A stretch of 64,000 nt of DNA from an uncultured delta proteobacterium (GTDB taxonomy: Bacteria > Myxococcota_A > Polyangia > Polyangiales > Polyangiaceae), in the NCBI GenBank assembly GCA_963782055.1, contig CAWAIF010000003.1:5888001-5952000 (forward strand), written 5' to 3'. Of the stretch, positions 19,062 to 28,304 are shown one piece after another. The position numbers and the translations under genes are program-made. Every line of letters starts with the position of its first letter. Within the stretch, counting starts at the first letter, position 1. The notes beneath the pieces are model-generated. The model had not been told where the DNA came from. It was given only the letters and a program-made list of their open reading frames with translations, and did no database searches.

Positions 19062-21032
19062 CTACAGCTCCTCGGGCACCGCAATCTGGCCGGCGATGGC
19101 GCTCGCCGCGACGACCAGCGGGCTCGCGAGGTAGACCTTCCCGGGGCCGCTGCGCCCAGGGTAGTTGCGGTTGATGGCGCTCACGGTGACCTGGTCGGGG
19201 GAGTCGCTCACCCCCGGGCCCGCCTTGATGCACGCGCCGCAGGAGGGGTCCACCGTCTCGGCGCCGGCGTCACGGAAGACCTCCAGGTAGCCCTTCTTCT
19301 CCGCGTAGCGGCGGATGTCCTGCGAGCCGAACTGGATGTACAGGTGCACGCCGGGCGCGACGCGCTTGCCCTTGGCGAGCGCGTCCTTGAGGACGGAGGC
19401 GTACATGTCCATGTCCGCCTTCTTGCCGCCGGTGCACGAGCCGCCGTAGGCGATGTCGATCTTCACGTTGCTCTGCTTGCGGAGCTCGGCCAGGGGCACG
19501 CCGTTGCGCGGGTCGCCGGGGGTGGCCACCATCGGCACCACCGCGCCGAGATCCACCTGGAAGGTGGCGGCGTAGGTCGCGCCAGGGTCCGCGCGCACGA
19601 TGCGGCGGCGCACCTCCTCGGCGGGCAGGCCGCGCTGCGCGACGAGGTAGTCGACGACGACCTCGTCCGCCTCGATGATGCCGGTGAAGCCGCCGGCCTC
19701 GACGGACATGTTGGTGAGGGTGGCGCGCTCGTCGAGCGGCAGGTGCGCGACGCCCTCGCCGGCGAACTCCAGCACCTTGCCGATGCCCTGCCCCGTCTTG
19801 AAGAAGGGCAAGGACAGGATGTGGAGCATCACGTCCTTGGCGCAGACGCCCGGGCGGAGCTTACCGGTGAGCTCGAAGCGCACCGTCTCGGGCACGGTGA
19901 CGCGCACGTCCCTGGTGAACCAGGCGTTGGCCATGTCGGTGGAGCCGACGCCGAAGGCGAAGCAGCCGAGGGCGCCGGCCATGCAGGTGTGCGAGTCGGT
20001 GCCGCAGACGAGCTGACCGGGGAGCGCCAGCTCCTCGATCACCTTGTTGTGGCAGATGGCCTCGCTGCCGACGAGCTTGCCCTCGCGCTTGACCTCTCCG
20101 TAGAGCTTGATGCCGTGCTTCTTCGTGAAGCCCTCCTGCACCACCGCGAGCTTCTCCGCCGTCTCCTTCAGGCCCATCTCGCGGTGCGCCTTGGGCATCA
20201 CCAGGTCGAGGAAGGTGAGGTGATCGCGGAAGGCCCAGACGCTCGACGGGTCGTTGATCTCGGCGTCGTCGCCCAGGTACGACCGGAAGAGGGAGTCGGC
20301 CATGGGGGTGACGTACTCGTGGGAGAAGCGCACGTCGGTGCGGGCGAAGAAGGCGTCGCCCGGCTTGACCGCCGCCGCGCCGAGCGCGCCGGTCTTCGCG
20401 TCGGCGATCACGTGCGCGGCGAGGATCTTCTCGCAGAGGGTCATGGGCCGCGCGGGGGTGGTCACCGGCGGAGGCGAGACCTTGCCGCCCATGCGCGCGC
20501 GGTTGTACGCGAAGAGGCCGCCGTGCTCGACGATGGCGGCGCTGATGGGGTCCAGCCCCTTGGTGAACTCGGCGATGGGGATCTCCTCGCCGCGCTCGAT
20601 GCGCTCGATCAGGCCGAAGTCGGTGCTGGTGAGCAGGCCGATGTTCTGCGCGTTCTGCCGGTAGATCTTCTCGATGTTCTTGGCGATGACGACCTTGATG
20701 CCCGCCTTGAGCTCGCTGTAGGGCGCCGTCTCGCGGCTGGAGCCGCAGCCCTTGGAGATGCCGCTGACGATGACGCCGAAGCTGCCATCCTTGATGGCGT
20801 CCTTCTTCACCTTGCCGCCGCGCAGGCCGATGAGGCAGTACCGGGCGAGGGTCTCGTCGTAGTAGTAGCAAACCCACCCGGGCGTGATCTCGTCGGTGGA
20901 GATGTTGCCGATGAGGGCGCGGTCGGGGTCGTAGGCGAGCGCCTTCCCGCCGAGCTGCGCTTCGAGTAACTCGGGGTCTTCCGTCAGGTACAGAACGCGG
21001 CCGTCGACCTTCACTCGACCAGAAAAACCCAT
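19062..21032 (-). CDS. Aconitase-family hydratase with LeuD-like swivel domain fused N-terminally to LeuC-like domain
   Basis: ISTDEI, GCGSSRE, DHL, GTDSHT, GGSCTGG, SCGAC, NRNYPGR. Confidence 0.88.
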   Translation of the reverse strand: MGFSGRVKVDGRVLYLTEDPELLEAQLGGKALAYDPDRALIGNISTDEITPGWVCYYYDETLARYCLIGLRGGKVKKDAIKDGSFGVIVSGISKGCGSSRETAPYSELKAGIKVVIAKNIEKIYRQNAQNIGLLTSTDFGLIERIERGEEIPIAEFTKGLDPISAAIVEHGGLFAYNRARMGGKVSPPPVTTPARPMTLCEKILAAHVIADAKTGALGAAAVKPGDAFFARTDVRFSHEYVTPMADSLFRSYLGDDAEINDPSSVWAFRDHLTFLDLVMPKAHREMGLKETAEKLAVVQEGFTKKHGIKLYGEVKREGKLVGSEAICHNKVIEELALPGQLVCGTDSHTCMAGALGCFAFGVGSTDMANAWFTRDVRVTVPETVRFELTGKLRPGVCAKDVMLHILSLPFFKTGQGIGKVLEFAGEGVAHLPLDERATLTNMSVEAGGFTGIIEADEVVVDYLVAQRGLPAEEVRRRIVRADPGATYAATFQVDLGAVVPMVATPGDPRNGVPLAELRKQSNVKIDIAYGGSCTGGKKADMDMYASVLKDALAKGKRVAPGVHLYIQFGSQDIRRYAEKKGYLEVFRDAGAETVDPSCGACIKAGPGVSDSPDQVTVSAINRNYPGRSGPGKVYLASPLVVAASAIAGQIAVPEEL

Positions 21033-22017
21033 GCGGGATCCTTACCAGTCCGGGGAGTCCGTCGCTAGACGTGAGCGCGTCGCGGTGGTGACGACGAGCT
21101 ACCCGGCCGAGCTGGCGGACCCCTCCGGCCACTTCGTCAGGGCCGAGGCGCTGCGGCTGGCGGCGCGCGGCGCGCGCGTCAGCGTGTTCGCGCCGGCGGT
21201 GCGGAGTGGAGGGCGCGCAGCGGTGGCGGCATTTTTTGACGGTATCGATCGCGTGCCCATTCCCGGGGGTGACGCGTTCGGCTGGCCGGGGGTGGCCGCG
21301 CGCCTTCGCGAGGCGCCGCTGCGCGTGCTCGGCGCGCTCCGCTGGACGCGCGCTGCGGAAGACGCGCTGCGTCACGCGGGCCCGTTCGATCGCGTCATCG
21401 CGCACTGGGCGGTGCCGAGCGCGTGGCCCGTGGCGAGGCGGGCACCCGGCACGCTGGAGGTGCTCTCGCACGGCGGGGACGTGCGGCTGCTCGTGGCGCT
21501 GCCCACCGCGGCGCGGGAGCGGATGGTGGCCGCCATCACCGCGCGCTGCGCCTCGTGGCGCTTCGTGTCGGAGCCGCTGCTGAGCTCCCTGCTCGGCGCG
21601 CTGCCGCGTCCGCTGGCGGCGCGGGTGGAGGGCGTGGCGCGGGTCGAGGCGTGTCGCATCGACGTGCCCGACGTGCGCGAGCCGGCGCGGGCGCTGCGCG
21701 CGTCACTCGGGCGCTTCGGCGTGTCGGTCGCGCGGCTGGTGCCGAGCAAGGGGGTGGACCGGGTGATAGCGCACGTGGCGCGTCACGACGGCGGGCGGCT
21801 ACTCGTGGTGGTGGGCGATGGCACGGAGCGCCGGAGCCTGGAGCGGCTGGCCGCGCGCCACCGGGTGCGCGCGCGCTTCGTCGGGACGCGGCCGCGCGAG
21901 GATGCGCTGGCTTACCTCGCGGCGTCGGAGGAGCTCCTGTTCGCCTCGCAGGTGGAGGGGTGCTCAACCGTGCTGCGCGAAGCGGCGGCGCTGGGCGTCA
22001 GGGTCCGGCGGGTCTGA
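21031..22017 (+). CDS. Glycosyltransferase family 4 (GT-B); true start probably somewhat downstream
   Basis: VTTSYP....G.FV, HW..P, HGGDV, RLVPSKG, EG...VLREA. Confidence 0.8.
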   Translation: MRDPYQSGESVARRERVAVVTTSYPAELADPSGHFVRAEALRLAARGARVSVFAPAVRSGGRAAVAAFFDGIDRVPIPGGDAFGWPGVAARLREAPLRVLGALRWTRAAEDALRHAGPFDRVIAHWAVPSAWPVARRAPGTLEVLSHGGDVRLLVALPTAARERMVAAITARCASWRFVSEPLLSSLLGALPRPLAARVEGVARVEACRIDVPDVREPARALRASLGRFGVSVARLVPSKGVDRVIAHVARHDGGRLLVVVGDGTERRSLERLAARHRVRARFVGTRPREDALAYLAASEELLFASQVEGCSTVLREAAALGVRVRRV

Positions 22018-22079
22018 GGACGGGGCCGTCCTCGGCAGGATGGCCGGCAGCCCGGCGCCCCGCCGACCGCCGCCCCACC

Positions 22080-22146
22080 TGTCCCCGGCGCCCCGCCGCC
22101 CCGGCGACCCAGCTGTCCCCGGCCACCCCTTTTCTGTCCGGGGACA
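22080..22146. promoter_or_regulatory. TGTCC half-sites plus palindrome TGTCCGGGGACA (22135-22146), putative activator/operator site
   Basis: Recurs at 50491 and 53436 upstream of sigma-54 motifs. Confidence 0.55.
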
Positions 22147-22209
22147 CCCGGGGATCGTTCGCCGGCAAACGAGCGCCCTGTTTTCTGGGGAGCGCGTGGG
22201 AGGGGGGGG

Positions 22210-22225
22210 TGGCATGGGGGGTGCT
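22210..22225 (+). promoter_or_regulatory. Sigma-54 -24/-12 promoter TGGCATGGGGGGTGCT
   Basis: GG-N10-GC spacing matches TGGCAC-N5-TTGCW; identical copy at 53514. Confidence 0.65.
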
Positions 22226-22238
22226 GAGGAGTGGAGGC

Positions 22239-22850
22239 ATGACACCGCTCTTCTTCGGGACCAAGCGCGCGTACTACGCGACGCTGCGTGTGACGCGCCG
22301 GCTTCTCGCTCGCTTCGGGCTCACACCGGCGCGCTTCGACCTGCTGTACGCCCTGTTTCGCGTGCCGCACCACTTCTGTTACCAGAGCGATCTGCGCAAG
22401 GCGCTGGGGGTGGCGCGGTCGACCATCAGCAAGATGGTGACGTCACTCCAGGGCATCGGCCTGGTGGAGCGGCTGCCGCCGCTCGAGGACATGCGCCAGG
22501 TGGACGTGCAGCTCACGCCGGAGGGGCGCCGCCGCGTCTCGCGAGCCTTTCGCAGCCTGGTGCGCACGGGGCTCATCGATCTGACGACGGACTCCGCGCT
22601 CACGCCGGACCCGCACCACTGGCCCCACCCCAAGGCGTGCAGCCGCGCCCGACGGTGGCTGTCACGGCTGCACAGCCGGCTGCGCAACACCTTCGGCGAC
22701 TTCGCGACGCTGCACGCCGCGGAGGGCGATCCGTACGAGTCGGGGTGGACCTGGCTCGACCTGGTGGACAGGGTCGCGGCGAACAGGCGCATCGAGCGGC
22801 GCCGGGCGTCCGGCGACCCGTTCGAGTGGCCCGCACCGATGATCGAGTGA
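22239..22850 (+). CDS. MarR-family winged-helix transcriptional regulator
   Basis: GLTPARFDLL, QSDLRKALGVARSTISKMV..L...GLV, VQLTPEGR. Confidence 0.82.
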   Translation: MTPLFFGTKRAYYATLRVTRRLLARFGLTPARFDLLYALFRVPHHFCYQSDLRKALGVARSTISKMVTSLQGIGLVERLPPLEDMRQVDVQLTPEGRRRVSRAFRSLVRTGLIDLTTDSALTPDPHHWPHPKACSRARRWLSRLHSRLRNTFGDFATLHAAEGDPYESGWTWLDLVDRVAANRRIERRRASGDPFEWPAPMIE

Positions 22851-22901
22851 CGTCTCCTTCCACGCAGGAGTCCCCACGCGCGATCCTCGCGAGGGCGTGC
22901 G

Positions 22902-23327
22902 TCAGTCCAGCTGGCCGAGAGCGAGCTGCGCGAGCGCGGCGCGCACGGCGTTGCGCGCGTGGCGCTCTTTCCGGACCTCCGCCTGCTCCAGTGTGGCGCC
23001 GGGGCCGATGATGCCCAGGCCGACCGGCTTGTTGTTCTGGAGGGCGAGCTCGACCAGCGCACGGTGGACCACGTGGCCCATCACCTCGCCGTGGAGGGTC
23101 TCGCCGCGCTCGATGAAGCCGAGCGCGATCACCGCGTCGACGTCCACGCGCTTGAGGGCGCGCGCGACCGGGAGCGGGAAATCGTAGGTGCCGGGGACGC
23201 GCACACGCAGGGTGATGGACGCGCCCGCGGACGCCGCCTCCTCCTCCGCGGTGGCGGCCATGGCATCGACGATGGCGCGGTTGAACTCGGCGGCGACGAG
23301 GGCGAGCCTGAGAGACTTGGGGGACAT
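22902..23327 (-). CDS. ribH: 6,7-dimethyl-8-ribityllumazine synthase
   Basis: LVAAEFN, VPGTYDFP, DAVIALG.I.RGETLH, KPVGLG. Confidence 0.9.
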   Translation of the reverse strand: MSPKSLRLALVAAEFNRAIVDAMAATAEEEAASAGASITLRVRVPGTYDFPLPVARALKRVDVDAVIALGFIERGETLHGEVMGHVVHRALVELALQNNKPVGLGIIGPGATLEQAEVRKERHARNAVRAALAQLALGQLD

Positions 23328-23341
23328 GGTCGGAACGCCTA

Positions 23342-24379
23342 TCAGAAGGCGGCGCGGAGCGCGATGCCCCCGCCTGCGGGGCCGACCACCGGCGTGACGT
23401 GCGCCGCCACCGCCGCCGCCTTCTTCGGCGCGGTCAAGACGAGGATGACGCCGGTCACCACCGCCGCCGCGCCCACGCCGATGCCGATGTCGCTCAGCCA
23501 GGCGAGGGTCTTGGCCTCCTCGTTGAGGTCCACGCCCTTCTGGGTGCACTGGTCGTTCGGGCAGTTGGCGTTGCTCTGGCTGCGGCGGTCGATGGCCAGG
23601 CCGCCCATCGCACCGCCGGCGATCACGAACGCCGCGCCCACGCCGCCCACCACCCAGCCCATGGTTGCGCGCGACGACGACGACGGCCGCGCGGCGTGCC
23701 CACCCGGCCGCGACGCCACCGGCGCGTCGGCGAGCGGCGGGACGGCCGCGCGGACCGTCATCCCGGACGACACGTGGACGGTGCGCTTCCACTCCACCTT
23801 GCCCGGTGCGGTGGCGAAGATCTCGTGGTCGCCCTTGTCGATGGGCGTGAGCACCCCCCACGCCGCCTGCCGCAGCGGCGTGCCGTCGATGCGCACGTCG
23901 ATGCCGGGGGTGCGCGCGGCCTCCGGCGACACAACGACCGTGATCTTGGCGAGGCTGCCCTCGATGACGCCGATGCGCTGGCGCGCCGTCGCCTCGCGGT
24001 CCTTGCGGCCGTCCTTGATCGCCTGGCTGAGCGCCTCGTTGTACGCCTCCCACGCGGAGGCGAGCTTGCCCTCCTTCTCGCGACAGAGGCCCAGGTTGAG
24101 CAAGGTCCCGCCGCCCGGGTCGAGCCGCTGGCTCTCGGCGAGCTTCGGGCACGCCTCCGAGAACTTGCCCTGCTCCATGAGCTTCACCGCCTGATCGAAC
24201 AGGGACTGCGCGAGGGTCTGGTCGGCGGGCGAGGGTCCGGCGGTGTGCTCCTCGGCGGACGACGGCGTGGCCGAGTCCTGCGCGCGCGCCGGGGCGCTGG
24301 CGACACCCACCGCCACCGCGATGGCCGCGGCGGCCCCTCCGCGCAATATACGTGCAAGATGCATGTTATTTGCGATCAT
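23342..24379 (-). CDS. TPR + PEGA domain protein
   Basis: AQSLF..A..LM..GKF.EACPKL.ESQRLDP..GTLLNL; PEGA-like segment; C-terminal TM segments. Confidence 0.8.
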   Translation of the reverse strand: MIANNMHLARILRGGAAAAIAVAVGVASAPARAQDSATPSSAEEHTAGPSPADQTLAQSLFDQAVKLMEQGKFSEACPKLAESQRLDPGGGTLLNLGLCREKEGKLASAWEAYNEALSQAIKDGRKDREATARQRIGVIEGSLAKITVVVSPEAARTPGIDVRIDGTPLRQAAWGVLTPIDKGDHEIFATAPGKVEWKRTVHVSSGMTVRAAVPPLADAPVASRPGGHAARPSSSSRATMGWVVGGVGAAFVIAGGAMGGLAIDRRSQSNANCPNDQCTQKGVDLNEEAKTLAWLSDIGIGVGAAAVVTGVILVLTAPKKAAAVAAHVTPVVGPAGGGIALRAAF

Positions 24380-25850
24380 GCGAGATGCCGTTGATGAGCG
24401 ACGGCGTCGGGGCGGCGGTGGCGGTGGTGGTCGCCTTGGAGGTGGAGGTCGGCTTGGCCGCGGTCGAGGCCGTCCCGACGTGGTGCCACGCGTGGTGGCG
24501 CGGAGGCTTGCGGTGGGCGGGCGCCGGCGCGCTGGCCGTCGCGACGACCGAGGCGCTCGGTGGCGTCGTCGCGGTGGGGGGGGCGGTGGCGGTGACCGGC
24601 GGCGGCGCCGGCGTCAGGACCGCGCTGGGCGCGCCGGCGGCCGCGGGCGCGACGGGCGGGTGGCGGCGCAGCAGCACGGCGCCGGCGGCGGCGATGCCCA
24701 CGCACGCGACCACCGCCGCGGCGATCGGCAGCACGCGGCTGCGCTTCGGCGACGCGGCGGCGTCGAAGCCGGTGGTCGAGTCCACCGGGCCGAGCGTCTC
24801 GGCGCCCGGCGGCATGATGCGGCTCAGCGACGGGGCGGAGGGCACCGCGAGGGGCGGCGCGGTGGTGCCGAGAATGAGGCGCTGGATGCGCTCCACGCGA
24901 TGGCGCGCGGCGGGGGCGAAGGGCTCCAGATCGGCCGCGAGCTCGGCGACCGTCTGGTAACGCTCGGCGGGGTTCTTCGCCAGACACTTGACGATGACGC
25001 CCTCCAGCTCGGCGGGGGCGCTGGCCAGGTGCATGCCGAGCCGACGCGGCGACTCGGTGGCGATGACGACGGCCAGGCCCGCCATGCTCTCCGCCTCGAA
25101 GGGCATCCTCCGGGTGAGCAGCTCGTAGAGCACCACGCCGAGCGACCAGACGTCGCTCCGCTCGTCGGCCTTCGTCGCGCTCTGCATCTGCTCCGGCGAC
25201 ATGTAGAGGGGCGAGCCGAAGACGGCGTCCGTCGTGGTGACCGTCCCGGCGGTCCGCACGTCTTCCGACAGCGCCTTGGAGACGCCGAAGTCGAGGACCT
25301 TGATGACGGTCGACCCGTCGGTGTGCTGGGCGCGAAAGAGGTTCCCTGGCTTCAGATCCCGGTGGACGATCCGCGCGGCGTGCGCCTCCGCGATGCCCTC
25401 CATCGCCTCGAGCAGGTAGGAGACGGCCACCTCGACGGGCAGCGCGCCCTCGCGATCGAGGACCTGGGCGAGATCCGCGCCCTCCAGCAGCTCCATCACC
25501 ATGAAGGGCTCGCCCGACTCGAGCTGGCCCACGTCCGAGACGCGCACGATGTGATCGCTCCGGAGCTGCGCGGAGGCCTTCGCCTCGGTGAGGAAGCGCA
25601 GCGCGGCCTGCTTGGAGTCGTGGTGCAGCAGCTTGATGGCGACGCGCTGGCCGAGCTGCATGTGGCGCGCCGACAGGACGATGCCCATGCCGCCCACCGC
25701 GATCACCTGCTCGACCCGGTAGCGGCCGGCGATGACGTCGCCTTCCTTGACGCCGGCCGCGACGCCCCGGGCCGACACGGGGCCGCCGCTCGCCGGCGCC
25801 TCCCCGCCGCTCGGGGAGGCCAGCCCGCCTGGCCGGGGAGCGTTCGTCAC
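24366..25850 (-). CDS. Ser/Thr protein kinase with TM helix and Ala/Thr/Pro-rich tail
   Basis: GGMG, VAIK, HRDLKPGN, DFG, GSPLYMSPE, DVWSLG; GTG start estimated. Confidence 0.9.
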   Translation of the reverse strand: MTNAPRPGGLASPSGGEAPASGGPVSARGVAAGVKEGDVIAGRYRVEQVIAVGGMGIVLSARHMQLGQRVAIKLLHHDSKQAALRFLTEAKASAQLRSDHIVRVSDVGQLESGEPFMVMELLEGADLAQVLDREGALPVEVAVSYLLEAMEGIAEAHAARIVHRDLKPGNLFRAQHTDGSTVIKVLDFGVSKALSEDVRTAGTVTTTDAVFGSPLYMSPEQMQSATKADERSDVWSLGVVLYELLTRRMPFEAESMAGLAVVIATESPRRLGMHLASAPAELEGVIVKCLAKNPAERYQTVAELAADLEPFAPAARHRVERIQRLILGTTAPPLAVPSAPSLSRIMPPGAETLGPVDSTTGFDAAASPKRSRVLPIAAAVVACVGIAAAGAVLLRRHPPVAPAAAGAPSAVLTPAPPPVTATAPPTATTPPSASVVATASAPAPAHRKPPRHHAWHHVGTASTAAKPTSTSKATTTATAAPTPSLINGISHDRK

Positions 25851-25960
25851 CGCTCGCCTCGCGATCGCAATGCGCGCGTCATGCCACTCGCAGAGTACGA
25901 GGGCGCGCCTCGCCCCGCAACTCGGCGGCGAATTGGTGTAGGATGAACACACCGATCGGC

Positions 25961-27100
25961 ATGAACCGGCCTCGCTTCCTTACATTGGCGGCGTTCGGCG
26001 CCGCGGGCACTTGCGCCCTCGCCGCGGGGTGCCAGCTCGTCGCGGGCATCGACGACCGCTCGGTCTATGCGCCGGACGGGAGCCCGGATTCCGCGCTGGG
26101 CGAGGCGGGGAGCGACGCCGGCGACCCGTGCTCCGGGCCGGGCGTCCCCACGGCCCCCGACCTCTCCACCAGCAACTCGTCGGATCCAGTGGAGCTGCAG
26201 GCCGCGCTGAGCATGCTGCACCTCGGCCTGGACGGTGACGCCGGCATCTTCGGGTTCAACCTCGATCACGCGTGCACCTGCCCCGGGCCGGACACCTGCC
26301 AGCGCCCGATCGACGCGGGGCAGGCGTGCGACTACTCCGGCGGCGTCGACAACATCGGCCGCCAGGTCTTCGGCCTCTTCGCCTCCACCGGCGATGGCGG
26401 CTTCATCACCGAGGACACCATCAACCAGGCGATCGCGCAGGGGCTCATCGGGGCCTTCATCCGCGTGCGCAACTACAACGGCCTGGCCGACGACGCGCAG
26501 GTGCAGGTCTCGGTGTACGCGTCGCTCGGGGTGACCGGCTTCCCCACGCCCCCCAAGTTCGACGGCACCGACCAGTGGGACATCGACGAGGGCTCCACCA
26601 ACGGCGGCAGCTTCGACCAGCCGAAGTACTCGACCACCGGCTACGTCCGGAACCACACGCTCGTCGCGTCGCTCAAGTTCCCGGTCATCATCGGCAGCCA
26701 GTACATCTCCCCCATCACCGTGGAGCTGCAGAGCGGCCTCATCGTGGCCAACATCGCGCTCAACGGCAGCGGCCCGACGGCGACGCTCAAGTCGCTCAGC
26801 GGGGAGCTCGCGGGCCGCTGGGAGTCCTCCAAGCTCCTCACCAGCCTGCAGTCGGTGCCCGACCCCTTCAACGACGGCGGCTTCCTCTGCAAGGGAGGCT
26901 TCGTCTACGAGGCGGCGAAGATCGCCATCTGCAAGGACCAGGACATCGCCTCCGATCCGACCAACGACGGCACCGGCATCTGCGACGCGCTCTCCCTCGG
27001 CCTGGGGTTCGAGGCCACCCCGGCGCTGCACGGCCCGGTGAAGCCCTCGCCGGCAAACCCGATGCACTGCGGGGCGAGCTACAGCGACATCTGCCCCTGA
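25961..27100 (+). CDS. Cys-containing hypothetical lipoprotein
   Basis: Lipobox AAGC, GFNLD..CTC, GGVDN, CDALS; strong GC3 bias. Confidence 0.75.
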   Translation: MNRPRFLTLAAFGAAGTCALAAGCQLVAGIDDRSVYAPDGSPDSALGEAGSDAGDPCSGPGVPTAPDLSTSNSSDPVELQAALSMLHLGLDGDAGIFGFNLDHACTCPGPDTCQRPIDAGQACDYSGGVDNIGRQVFGLFASTGDGGFITEDTINQAIAQGLIGAFIRVRNYNGLADDAQVQVSVYASLGVTGFPTPPKFDGTDQWDIDEGSTNGGSFDQPKYSTTGYVRNHTLVASLKFPVIIGSQYISPITVELQSGLIVANIALNGSGPTATLKSLSGELAGRWESSKLLTSLQSVPDPFNDGGFLCKGGFVYEAAKIAICKDQDIASDPTNDGTGICDALSLGLGFEATPALHGPVKPSPANPMHCGASYSDICP

Positions 27101-27138
27101 GAGGCGCGGTCGGCTCGAGGGCGAAGCGGCGCGCGTCG

Positions 27139-27693
27139 CTAAGGTGATGCGCCGGGGCCCGCGGCCGGCGCGCGGAGGCGGTAGAGGACGTGGCGCCGGA
27201 GCGGATGGCCCTCCGGGAGGCGCGGGTGGTCGAAGTCCTCCGCCGGATCGCGCGTCATGCCCAGGCGCTGCATGACGCCCTGGGAGCGCAGGTTGGCGGG
27301 CACCGTGAAGGCCACGAGCGAGGCGAGCCCCAGCTCCTCGAAGCCGCAGCGGGCGGACGCGCGCGCCGCCTCGGTCGCGTAGCCCTTGCCCCAGTGCTCC
27401 GGCGCGAGCCGCCAGCCGAGCTCCACCGCGGGCGTGAAGGGCGCCTCGTAGGGGACGTGGGCGATCCCGACGAAGCCGATGAAGGACGTGACGCCGGGCA
27501 GCTCGACGGCCCACATGCCGAAGGCGTGCGCGGCGAAGTGCGCCTCGATGCGGTCGGCGACGGCGTCGCTCTCCGCGCGGGTGAGGGTCTTCGGATAGAA
27601 CTCCATCACGCGCGCGTCGCCGTTCATCGCGGCGAACGCGTCGCGGTCTTCCGGCCGCCAGGCGCGGAGCAGGAGGCGCTCGGTGCGGAGCAT
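27139..27693 (-). CDS. GNAT family N-acetyltransferase (RimJ/RimL-like)
   Basis: LRTERLLLRAW, VELGWRL...HWGKGYATEAA, N..SQ.VM.RLGM. Confidence 0.9.
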   Translation of the reverse strand: MLRTERLLLRAWRPEDRDAFAAMNGDARVMEFYPKTLTRAESDAVADRIEAHFAAHAFGMWAVELPGVTSFIGFVGIAHVPYEAPFTPAVELGWRLAPEHWGKGYATEAARASARCGFEELGLASLVAFTVPANLRSQGVMQRLGMTRDPAEDFDHPRLPEGHPLRRHVLYRLRAPAAGPGASP

Positions 27694-28301
27694 GGCGCGG
27701 AAGGATAGCGCGGCGGCCCCCCAAACGTGGAGGGCTGACGCGGTGCGGGCGGCCGCGCGGGCCACGCTCCGCGTCGGTAGCGCCCGAACGTGTAAGGATT
27801 GCCCAGGTAGATGAACTCGAGGCTCGCCGCGACGGCGTCGTTCAGGATCCGCTCCAGGAGGCCCACGCGGCGCGGGACGCCGGGGTCGGACAAGACGGCA
27901 CCGCGGTACGGGTGCGCGGGCGGGGCGACGGCGGGCTCCCGCCCGACCTGCGCCGCCAGTCGGCACGCGCGGCGTGTCTCGGCCGGCGACGGCGGCTTCC
28001 AGATACGGGTCAGGGCGGCGTACGCCGCGAAGTAGCGCCGCGCAGACCAGAGGATGCGCGCGAGGCGGAGCTGGGCGGGTCTCGCCGTGGCGCTCCGGAT
28101 CAGACACCACGCGGCGACCTGACAGGGGAGCGCCAGGGCGATGACCGGCAGCTGCAGCGCCGGCGAGCACATCGCCGCGTAGAGCGACGCTCCCGAGAGG
28201 AGAAGGATGCCGCCGCCGGCGAGGAGCCGCGATCGGCGACCGACGCGCGAGGCCGGCGCGCGGCGAGATCCCGGAGCCGGCGCGCGAGGAGAGGTGTGCA
28301 T
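27624..28301 (-). CDS. Hypothetical membrane protein (3' end uncertain)
   Basis: Two hydrophobic segments; starts 3 nt after the upstream stop; C-terminus overlaps the GNAT gene. Confidence 0.45.
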   Translation of the reverse strand: MHTSPRAPAPGSRRAPASRVGRRSRLLAGGGILLLSGASLYAAMCSPALQLPVIALALPCQVAAWCLIRSATARPAQLRLARILWSARRYFAAYAALTRIWKPPSPAETRRACRLAAQVGREPAVAPPAHPYRGAVLSDPGVPRRVGLLERILNDAVAASLEFIYLGNPYTFGRYRRGAWPARPPAPRQPSTFGGPPRYPSAPCSAPSASCSAPGGRKTATRSPR

Positions 28302-28304
28302 GGC

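Noticed and set aside
21030..21033. Overlapping head-to-head start codons of the aconitase-family and glycosyltransferase genes
   Set aside because: Leaves no promoter space; the glycosyltransferase probably starts at a downstream codon.
23342..27100. Kinase + TPR/PEGA + divergent lipoprotein as a novel system
   Set aside because: A very common module in Polyangiales-type genomes; nothing distinctive is seen here.
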